From a virus, in IMG/VR virus record IMGVR_UViG_3300010883_008292, positions 12,617 to 76,616 of that record: a stretch of DNA of 64,000 bases; one strand, written 5' to 3'. Positions within the stretch are counted from its first letter, which is position 1. Each line of letters begins with the position of its first letter. The translations under genes and the position numbers were made by a program. Under the pieces are notes generated by a model. That model made no database searches. It was not told the DNA's origin and saw only the letters and a program-made list of their open reading frames with translations. Positions 20,204 through 27,942 of this stretch are shown piece after piece.

Positions 20204-20827
20204 ATGGCAAAAAGGAGAGACCCAAACTCAGCACACTACATTGACAACAAGGAAATGCTTGTCAAGATAAGTGAGTACAGAGTTAAAAGATTAGAAGCAG
20301 AAGAATGTGGCGAACCCAAACCACGAGTTACAAATTATTTAGGTGAATGTTTTGTTAAAATAGCAAACCACTTAGCGTTTAAATCAAATTTTGTAAACTA
20401 CACATTTAGAGATGAAATGATTCTAGATGGTATTGAAAATTGTCTTACATATATGGACAACTTTGATCCAGCAAAATCTAAAAATCCTTTTGCGTACTTT
20501 ACACAAATCACATACTACGCTTTCATTAGACGTATCCAAAAAGAGAAACGTCAAATGGAAACGAAATTTAAATACATTAAGAGTCTAGATATAGAACAAA
20601 TTTTAGCACATGGTTCTGATGGCGACAGTCACAACAATGAGTACCTTAGTTATATGAGAAATATCATTGAACAGGCTGAAGCAGATAATGCAAAAGCAGA
20701 CAAAGCCAATGAAGGTAAGAAAGTAGTTAAGCGTAGACCAATATATTTAGACAAGAAAATTAAAGCAAAAGAAGCAGCAGAAGCGGCAGCAGCAGCAGAA
20801 GCAGAAAAAGGACAAGTAGGTACTTGA
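20204..20827 (+). CDS. gp55: Late-transcription sigma factor
   Basis: HYIDNKE, YLGECF.KIA.HL..K.NF.NYTFRDEMI.DGIENC, NPFAYFTQI.YYAFIRRIQKEK motifs. Confidence 0.97.
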   Translation: MAKRRDPNSAHYIDNKEMLVKISEYRVKRLEAEECGEPKPRVTNYLGECFVKIANHLAFKSNFVNYTFRDEMILDGIENCLTYMDNFDPAKSKNPFAYFTQITYYAFIRRIQKEKRQMETKFKYIKSLDIEQILAHGSDGDSHNNEYLSYMRNIIEQAEADNAKADKANEGKKVVKRRPIYLDKKIKAKEAAEAAAAAEAEKGQVGT

Positions 20828-20853
20828 CTCGAGGTTAGTAGACCATATATAAT
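20824..20853 (+). promoter_or_regulatory. Sigma70-type promoter heading the deazaguanine operon
   Basis: TTGACT-N18-TATAAT with GGTT in the spacer. Confidence 0.7.
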
Positions 20854-20861
20854 GTTACATA

Positions 20862-21740
20862 ATGAAGATAAGATATAGCGAAGTATTTTATAGCGTACAA
20901 GGTGAAGGAAGATTTGTAGGAGTTCCGAGTATATTCCTACGAGTTTTTGGTTGCAACTTTGAATGTAGAGGTTTCGGACAGGAGAGAGATAATTTAATCC
21001 CTGTCGAGGAAATGCCTTACTTTACAGATCCCAAAGCAGATAAAAACCATCCCGAAGCATACAAATCAATAACAGAATTACCTGTTACACCGGTAGGGTG
21101 TGATAGCTCTGCCAGTTGGGCTATGAAATATAAACATTTACAATTAACAGAGACATTAGAAGAAGTGTTTGATCGTATTGTTAAACTATTACCCAATGGT
21201 AGGTTTGACGAGAAGAACGATATCCATTTAGTCATTACAGGTGGTGAACCTCTACTGGGTTGGCAACGGTGTTGGCCAGCCCTTTTAGAGATGTGTAAGG
21301 AAGTAGGTTTACAGAATGTTACTTACGAAACTAATGGCACACAAGATTTACAAAAACAATTGATAGACTATTTTAATGGTGACGGTAAAGACATACATGT
21401 AACTTGGAGCACCTCACCTAAATTAAGTTTATCGGGTGAAGAAGTGTTTGATGCATTAATCCCAGAAGTATTATTGGGTATGCAAGAGGTAAGTAACAGT
21501 CATTTATATAACAAATTTGTTGTTCGAGACATAAATGATTTTGAAGAAGTAGATATATTTGTAGAAGCATACAAAGATGCTGGAGTTAAATTGGACGCAG
21601 TTTACTGTATGCCTGAAGGCGCCACGTTAGAACAACAAACATTAACAGAAAAAGATGTAGCAGAGGCTTGTATGCAGACAGGATATAAATTCAGTCCTAG
21701 GCTACACATAACATTATTTGGCAACGCATGGGGGACATAA
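20862..21740 (+). CDS. queE: 7-carboxy-7-deazaguanine synthase (radical SAM)
   Basis: YSEVFYSVQGEG.FVG.PSIFLR.FGCN..C...GCDS, VITGGEPL, ETNGT, SPKL, PRLH..LFG motifs. Confidence 0.93.
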   Translation: MKIRYSEVFYSVQGEGRFVGVPSIFLRVFGCNFECRGFGQERDNLIPVEEMPYFTDPKADKNHPEAYKSITELPVTPVGCDSSASWAMKYKHLQLTETLEEVFDRIVKLLPNGRFDEKNDIHLVITGGEPLLGWQRCWPALLEMCKEVGLQNVTYETNGTQDLQKQLIDYFNGDGKDIHVTWSTSPKLSLSGEEVFDALIPEVLLGMQEVSNSHLYNKFVVRDINDFEEVDIFVEAYKDAGVKLDAVYCMPEGATLEQQTLTEKDVAEACMQTGYKFSPRLHITLFGNAWGT

Positions 21741-21908
21741 ATGAAAAATAGATTATTAGATTGGATGGATAAAAAAGCAGGTGGGGTAACGGAGAGTGAA
21801 ATTTATCAAAGTAGATGGGTATGGTACCATACTATATTAGCTTTTGAAATATTTTTTACTAACATTCTATTACTTGCAATACTATTACTTCTCGCAATTA
21901 AATTATGA
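21741..21908 (+). CDS. Small membrane protein (55 aa; not in the ORF track)
   Basis: MKNRLLDWMDKK...WVWYHTILAFEIFFTNILLLAILLLLAIKL; coupled to both neighbours. Confidence 0.55.
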   Translation: MKNRLLDWMDKKAGGVTESEIYQSRWVWYHTILAFEIFFTNILLLAILLLLAIKL

Positions 21909-22117
21909 ACCAGAAACAGAAGCAAGCACTTAAAGAATCTCTAGTTACAGTTGGATCTGGCTTTGTTGTCAACTTTCCAATTAGTGTTGTGCTTTTATAT
22001 ATCTTTATTGATGTACTAGCATTATCAACCTTTACAGTATCAGCATTATTAACAGGCTGCTTTACTTTTATAGCCCTCATTAGAGTTTATACTATTAGAA
22101 TGTGGTTTTCAAAATGA
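21905..22117 (+). CDS. Small two-TM membrane protein
   Basis: Two hydrophobic stretches; overlapping start/stop codons with neighbours. Confidence 0.6.
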   Translation: MNQKQKQALKESLVTVGSGFVVNFPISVVLLYIFIDVLALSTFTVSALLTGCFTFIALIRVYTIRMWFSK

Positions 22118-22551
22118 TTAAAATTAAGGAAGCAGACAAACTTTATGTGGGCTGGCAGGAAATGCACCAACTGTGTATTCTTATGGCTCTAGTAATTAGC
22201 GAAAAAAAGTATAAAAGAATTGTAGGTATCAGCAGGGGCGGCCTTATTCCAGGAGTATGCCTGTCCCAATCATTAGACATTCCTTTTGAACCTTTACAAT
22301 GGCAAACTAGAGATGGTGACCTTAGGGACACACTTTCAGTAGCATTAATGGCACTAGAAGATCCAAACGATATATTATTCGTAGACGATGTATGTGATAG
22401 CGGCCAAACAATAGAACAAATTAGAGATATCTTCCCTGAGAGTCACTGGGCTGTACTTTACTCCAAAAAGGGTAACATGGCTATTGACTTTGAAGGCTGT
22501 AGGCTTTATAATAACAAACAATGGATAGTATTTCCTTGGGAGAAAAAATGA
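22114..22551 (+). CDS. Purine (xanthine/guanine-type) phosphoribosyltransferase
   Basis: GISRGGLIP, ILFVDDVCDSGQT PRPP-binding loop, WIVFPWE C-terminus. Confidence 0.88.
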   Translation: MIKIKEADKLYVGWQEMHQLCILMALVISEKKYKRIVGISRGGLIPGVCLSQSLDIPFEPLQWQTRDGDLRDTLSVALMALEDPNDILFVDDVCDSGQTIEQIRDIFPESHWAVLYSKKGNMAIDFEGCRLYNNKQWIVFPWEKK

Positions 22552-23231
22552 GTACGAGTGAGAGAATAAGAACACGGTTAGAAGTAGACGGTAAACGTTA
22601 CTACGCAGCCGATAACATATCACAATATATTAAACCCTTAGAGAAGGCAGAGTTAATAGAAGAACTTACGGAAAAGTTTGAAGGTGTTTTAGATGCTTTA
22701 ATAATAGATAGGAAGAATGATCCTAACAGTATGGACACACCTAGGCGCTTAGCTAAGATGTATATATTAGAAATAATGGGTGGTAGGTATGATGACGACC
22801 CTAGAATAACAGCATTTCCTAATGATGGAAAGTATGACCAACTGATTACTGTTAGAATGGATTTAAAAAGCATGTGTTCACATCATCACCAACCAGTGAA
22901 TGGTGTTTGTTATGTATCATGTATGCCAGGAGAAGAAGTTATTGGACTGTCTAAATATACTAGAGTGGCACAGCATTTAGCATCACGTGGACACTTACAA
23001 GAAGAGCTTTGTGAAATGATTGCAGAAAGAATTGAGAAACTTACAAAGTCTAAGGCAGTAGGCGTTTATATTAAAGCAAGACATGGGTGTTGTGAGAACA
23101 GAGGCATTAGAGCTAGTAACAGTAGCACACAGACAACGGTTCTAAAAGGAGAACTAAAGACGAACCCTTCATTAAAAGAAGAGTTTATGGACAATATAAA
23201 ATTACAGGAGATGAATGGTGGACACGCTTAG
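22548..23231 (+). CDS. folE: GTP cyclohydrolase I
   Basis: DTPRRLAKMY, SMCSHH, IGLSK..R, QEEL, HGC...RG motifs; start at the ATG at 22548. Confidence 0.95.
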   Translation: MSTSERIRTRLEVDGKRYYAADNISQYIKPLEKAELIEELTEKFEGVLDALIIDRKNDPNSMDTPRRLAKMYILEIMGGRYDDDPRITAFPNDGKYDQLITVRMDLKSMCSHHHQPVNGVCYVSCMPGEEVIGLSKYTRVAQHLASRGHLQEELCEMIAERIEKLTKSKAVGVYIKARHGCCENRGIRASNSSTQTTVLKGELKTNPSLKEEFMDNIKLQEMNGGHA

Positions 23232-23745
23232 TAGACAAATAGTATTAGATTTAGAAACACTTTCAACCAGATCTAATGCAGCCATTGTATCAATTGGTGC
23301 AGTAGCAATTGAGAATTTAGAAATAGTAGATGAATTCTATGTGAATGTAGACCCTAAAACTTGTAAAGAGGCAGGACTACACATAGATCCTTTAACAATA
23401 GAGTGGTGGGCCCAACAAGACTTGGAAGCAAGGAGTGCATTAACAGTCAATCCTGTTCCATTAGATGAAGCATTAGATAAATTTGCTACATTTTTTGGCG
23501 AAGGTAAAATATGGGGCATGGGTGCTAATTTTGATGTTGTTATAATGGAAAGCGCTATGACACTATCAGGTTGGAATACTAATAGAGATGCAAGAGATAA
23601 ATTCCCTTGGAAGTTTTGGGACATTTTTTGTTTAAGAACTTTAATGAATGTTTTAGGTAAACGTTTACCCAAAGCAAATAACCACAACGCATTAGATGAT
23701 GCAAAAGCTGAGGCAGAAATGCTAATTCAAATTTTAAAAACATGA
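23215..23745 (+). CDS. DEDDh 3'-5' exonuclease (RNase AS / DexA-like)
   Basis: LDLETL, SIGAV, TIEWW..Q, WGMGANFD, HNALDDA motifs. Confidence 0.85.
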   Translation: MVDTLSRQIVLDLETLSTRSNAAIVSIGAVAIENLEIVDEFYVNVDPKTCKEAGLHIDPLTIEWWAQQDLEARSALTVNPVPLDEALDKFATFFGEGKIWGMGANFDVVIMESAMTLSGWNTNRDARDKFPWKFWDIFCLRTLMNVLGKRLPKANNHNALDDAKAEAEMLIQILKT

Positions 23746-25010
23746 AACATACTTTAGACTATGTAGTATCAGGAACCTCATACATGCGTTTGAGTAATCC
23801 TAACATTGCTTTTGATAAAACGAATACAAGCATTGTGTCTATGCTAATAAAGAAATTAGTACAAGATCAATTCAGCCATAAGTTTTCATTACTTTATAAT
23901 GCACATACAGAACATTCTTTTGGTGATAGATTTAAACCATATCATGATGCTGCACATAGCATACATGCAGACTCAGGTGGACTTCAAATTATCACTCAAG
24001 GAATGACAATTACAGATGAATTAAAAGAAAAAGTATATAGGAACCAGGCTAAAGGAGCTGATGTTGGCATGTGTTTTGATGAGATACCTGTTATACTTAC
24101 AGGGGAACGCTCAGATAGGAACGATGTTAAACAAAGGTTCTTTGACCACGAAAATTATGAGGAGTTAGCTAGAAAGACTGGACGCAATGTTAAAAAACAG
24201 TTAGAAATTTTTGAAGAAGAAGGTAGTAGCTGTGAACCATATATTATTCTACAAGGTAACGATGTAGATACTTATTTAAGATGGTATGAATGTTTAATGG
24301 AGGAGATACCTAGTGAATGGCATAGCAGGATCGGTGGTGTGGCAATGGGAGCAGCTGCTCTCGGAACAGGACCATTAGAAGATGTAAAAAGAGCCTTCAT
24401 AGCATCAGAAATAGCGAAGACATGGCCACGAGATAAGATGCACTTACATATATTAGGCGTAGGTTCTATAAGACGTATAGTTCCTTACCTAGTCTTTTGT
24501 CAGAACGGTTTGTATGACAATGTAGAGATATCATATGACTCTACTACACACAGCAGGGCGGTTGAGACAGGGTTATTCTACATGGGACAAGGCACAACTA
24601 AGTTTAATAGACAGATGTCTAATTTGTATCGCGAAATGTATCAAAACTGTATGAAAACGATCGATTTGGGAGTAGATTTAGACGAATTTCATCACTTATT
24701 AAACACCCCGAGTATGAAAGCTAAAGATGAATACGGCAATTTAAATACATGGTTGTATGTTAGAACAGCTTTTATACTAATGTCTATTAGAAACTTTATG
24801 CAACACTTAGAACAGATGTTGTTAGATAAGGACGCCCTTTTAAAGTTTACGAAGAAGATGAAACTTGATGGACAGTTTAGGAACCTATATAATGTAAAAA
24901 ATAAAGATGATTATATAGCGTGGGAATCAAATCAATATTTAGGTGGGTCAATGAAGTCAATGGCAGTAGCCAGAGAGATGCCTGCTAGCCTGGAGGAATT
25001 ATTTGGATGA
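23742..25010 (+). CDS. dpdA: TGT-fold DNA deazaguanine transglycosylase (DpdA-like)
   Basis: ADSGGLQ, CFDEIP, ILQG, GGVAMG, HLHILGVG, SYDST motifs of the TGT barrel; no C-terminal Zn site of tRNA TGT seen; lies within the queE/folE/queD cluster. Confidence 0.82.
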   Translation: MKHTLDYVVSGTSYMRLSNPNIAFDKTNTSIVSMLIKKLVQDQFSHKFSLLYNAHTEHSFGDRFKPYHDAAHSIHADSGGLQIITQGMTITDELKEKVYRNQAKGADVGMCFDEIPVILTGERSDRNDVKQRFFDHENYEELARKTGRNVKKQLEIFEEEGSSCEPYIILQGNDVDTYLRWYECLMEEIPSEWHSRIGGVAMGAAALGTGPLEDVKRAFIASEIAKTWPRDKMHLHILGVGSIRRIVPYLVFCQNGLYDNVEISYDSTTHSRAVETGLFYMGQGTTKFNRQMSNLYREMYQNCMKTIDLGVDLDEFHHLLNTPSMKAKDEYGNLNTWLYVRTAFILMSIRNFMQHLEQMLLDKDALLKFTKKMKLDGQFRNLYNVKNKDDYIAWESNQYLGGSMKSMAVAREMPASLEELFG

Positions 25011-25360
25011 AAAAGTTTATTAAAGTTAGTTTCCAGAAAGAAGGTATACACAAATACCCTGGAGCAAAAGATCTACCAGGTGTAGAGTTTTTACAGTATC
25101 CACACAGACATATCTTTCACTTCTATGTTACGTTAGAAGTTATGCACGACAATAGAGAAGTAGAATTCATCTTATTTAAAAGAGAGTTAGAGGAACAGTA
25201 TGCAACAGGAATCCTCGAACTAGACTACCAGTCATGTGAAATGATGGCTGAAAGTCTTATAAATTATATAGAAGTACATTATCCTAATCGAGCAATACAA
25301 GTAGAAGTGTATGAGGATAATGAAAACGGGGCAATAGTACAGAATGATTTATTTAATTGA
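25007..25360 (+). CDS. dpdL: QueD-paralogous T-fold protein, DpdL-like (putative CDG decarboxylase)
   Basis: LQYPHRHIF = LxxxHRHxF in place of QueD CxxxHGH; SCEMMAE and V.VYED.ENG C-terminal T-fold motifs. Confidence 0.7.
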   Translation: MKKFIKVSFQKEGIHKYPGAKDLPGVEFLQYPHRHIFHFYVTLEVMHDNREVEFILFKRELEEQYATGILELDYQSCEMMAESLINYIEVHYPNRAIQVEVYEDNENGAIVQNDLFN

Positions 25361-26411
25361 TCTAGAGTATGTCGAAACAAGATATACTGCACAGTGGAAA
25401 ACAGAATTTCCACAGTCAATAGCGGACAAGACAGGACAAGACATTACAGTTATTGAAGGCCCTATCATAGAGTCTGATGTTTCTTCAGGATCATTTTTAG
25501 ATTTTGCCGCCACTAACATATACAAGTCAGAACAAACAAAAATATTAGCACAGTTCTTTGCAGAAGGTAAAATAAAAGATGGAGATCATTTTGTATTTGC
25601 TGATGCCTGGCACCCAGGTGTTTTAAATTTAAAATATATGGTAAGCCTATTGGGGTATGATGTTACAATACATGGCCTCTGGCATGCAGGAAGTTATGAT
25701 ACAAATGATTTCTTAGGTAGAGATATAGGACCTGTACCTTGGGTAAGGTATACAGAGTTAGCAATGTTCGATGCGTTTGATAAAAATTATTTCGCTAGCC
25801 AATTCCATATAGGTATGTTTGCTAGTGTTATGGCACCCGATCCTAGTCAACAAGAATATTTACAGAGTAAAATGGTTAGGACAGGCTGGCCAATGGAATA
25901 TTTAGGACCCACTCTTGACAGAGATACTATAGGTGTAGAGAAACAAAACTTAATATTATTCCCACACAGAAACGCACCAGAAAAACAGTTAGAAATATTT
26001 AAAGACTTAGAAGCTCAACTACCTGAGTATGATTTTATTAACTGTGCAGAGTTTGATCTAAAGAAACCAGACTATCACTTGTTATTAGGGCAAGCAAAGA
26101 TGGTGTTCAGTGCAAACTTGCAAGAGACATTAGGCATATCTTGTTACGAAATTATGAGGACAGGAGGTGTACCTTTTGTACCAAACAGACTTTCATATAT
26201 GGAAATGTATGATGATGTGTTCAAATACCCTTCAATCTGGACAGAGAGTTGGGAAAACTATCAAAACAATCAAGAGAATTTAAAAAATAGAATTAGATAT
26301 TTAATGGAGAACCAGAACAATAATGATATTCGTGGTGCATTAAATACTAATAAAGAAAAACTTGAGAAGCATTATTTCTCAGCAGAAAACTTATATCAGG
26401 AGTTAAGATGA
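25344..26411 (+). CDS. GT-B (GT4-like) glycosyltransferase
   Basis: FPHR.APEKQ, FSANLQETLGISCYE, PFVPNRLSY.EM (E-x7-E GT-B motif). Confidence 0.8.
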   Translation: MIYLIDLEYVETRYTAQWKTEFPQSIADKTGQDITVIEGPIIESDVSSGSFLDFAATNIYKSEQTKILAQFFAEGKIKDGDHFVFADAWHPGVLNLKYMVSLLGYDVTIHGLWHAGSYDTNDFLGRDIGPVPWVRYTELAMFDAFDKNYFASQFHIGMFASVMAPDPSQQEYLQSKMVRTGWPMEYLGPTLDRDTIGVEKQNLILFPHRNAPEKQLEIFKDLEAQLPEYDFINCAEFDLKKPDYHLLLGQAKMVFSANLQETLGISCYEIMRTGGVPFVPNRLSYMEMYDDVFKYPSIWTESWENYQNNQENLKNRIRYLMENQNNNDIRGALNTNKEKLEKHYFSAENLYQELR

Positions 26412-26878
26412 ACGGACAAGATCCATATATGGACTACAATTATTTTTCAACAAAAACATATGGACATGAACAAGGATTGTCAGCAGTCTTTAGACAACCA
26501 GGTGCAGTAAGTCATTGCAATTTACTACATGGCTACGCATTATCTTTTATGTTTAAGTTTGGCTGTGAACATTTAGATGATAAAGATTGGGTAATAGATT
26601 TTGGAGGACTAGGAGAGCTAAAAGAATGGTTAAAAGAAAACTTTGATCACAAACTTGTTGTATCCAAATCAGATCCACAGATAGATAAGTTTTTAGGCTT
26701 AGAAGAACTAGGTTTAGCTGAGGTAGTAGTAATGAATGGTGTTGGTTGTGAGAAGTTTGCAGAACATGCATTTCATTTTGCTAATGACTTGGTAAATAAT
26801 ATGACAGGCGGGCGATGCTATTGCGTTGCTTGTGAAGTAAAGGAACATGGGGCCAATTCAGCGATATACGAGGGCTAA
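26408..26878 (+). CDS. queD: 6-carboxy-5,6,7,8-tetrahydropterin synthase
   Basis: HCNLLHGY, WVIDFGGL..LK.WL...FDH, GCEKFAE, V.EH.ANSA motifs. Confidence 0.92.
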   Translation: MNGQDPYMDYNYFSTKTYGHEQGLSAVFRQPGAVSHCNLLHGYALSFMFKFGCEHLDDKDWVIDFGGLGELKEWLKENFDHKLVVSKSDPQIDKFLGLEELGLAEVVVMNGVGCEKFAEHAFHFANDLVNNMTGGRCYCVACEVKEHGANSAIYEG

Positions 26879-26880
26879 CT

Positions 26881-27942
26881 ATGAAAGTAGCTCTTGTTAC
26901 AGACACTCATTTTGGTGCCAGGTCAGACAATTTAGCCTTTGATAAGTTCTTTGCTAGATTTTATGATGAAGTTTTCTTTCCTTACTTAGAAAAAGAAGGC
27001 ATAAAAACCATATGTCATTTAGGTGATGTATTTGATAGACGGAAATATATTAATTATAATATACTCCAGTCTTGCAAGAAGTATTTTTTCGATAAGGCTC
27101 GTGACTTAGGTATTGAGATACATTTAATACCAGGCAATCATGATACTTATTTTAAAAATACAAATGAAGTAAACTCTCCTAGCCTATTGTTAGGAGAATA
27201 TAATAACATCACAATATACGAAGAACCCACAGTCGTACAACTCGACAGGGAGAAGGTATTGATGTTACCATGGATATGCACGGATAATTATGAACAAACA
27301 ATGGAAACAATTGATACAACAGACGCAAAGACTTGCTTCTCGCACTTGGAACTCACAGGGTTTCTCCTGGTTCCTGGAATGCCTAACTTACATGGTATGG
27401 ACGCTGCTATTTTTAGCGAATTTGATCTTGTTGTTAGTGGGCACTTTCATCATCGCCATAGTAGAGGCAACGTTACTTATATGGGAAACCCTTATGAAAT
27501 TACTTGGAGTGACTACAACGACCCCAGAGGTTTCGCTATTTACGACACGAGTAAAAGAGCTTTGGCATACCATAATAACCCATTTAGACTTTTCTATAAA
27601 ATCTATTACGACGACTCCCACTTCGAAGGTGTTAATGACATCGCTAATTTTGATTTCGATAGTGTTGTTGGCGGTGCTGTAAAACTTATTGTAAGTAAGA
27701 AGACAGACTTCAAAAAGTTTGACCACTTTGTAGACAAACTATATCAATGTGAGTTAATTGACTTAAAAATTATAGAAGACTTCTCAGAGTTTGAGGACGA
27801 AGCTATAGGTGAAGATGTAAACTTAGAAGATACAATGACACTACTAAAAGAATACGTTGATGTTGTTGAAACAGACCTATCCAAACAAAGAATAAAAAAT
27901 CTATTGCAGAGCCTTTATATTGAGGCTCAAGACTCTCCATGA
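26881..27942 (+). CDS. gp47: Recombination endonuclease subunit (Mre11/SbcD-like)
   Basis: TDTHFGAR, HLGDVFDRRK, GNHD, SGHFH motifs. Confidence 0.96.
   Translation: MKVALVTDTHFGARSDNLAFDKFFARFYDEVFFPYLEKEGIKTICHLGDVFDRRKYINYNILQSCKKYFFDKARDLGIEIHLIPGNHDTYFKNTNEVNSPSLLLGEYNNITIYEEPTVVQLDREKVLMLPWICTDNYEQTMETIDTTDAKTCFSHLELTGFLLVPGMPNLHGMDAAIFSEFDLVVSGHFHHRHSRGNVTYMGNPYEITWSDYNDPRGFAIYDTSKRALAYHNNPFRLFYKIYYDDSHFEGVNDIANFDFDSVVGGAVKLIVSKKTDFKKFDHFVDKLYQCELIDLKIIEDFSEFEDEAIGEDVNLEDTMTLLKEYVDVVETDLSKQRIKNLLQSLYIEAQDSP

Noticed and set aside
23742-25010. Annotation as tRNA-guanine transglycosylase for queuosine
   Set aside because: It lacks the C-terminal Zn-binding Cys/His motif of bacterial TGT, no queA/queF/queC is nearby, and it carries a clamp-type tail; a DNA-acting DpdA fits better.
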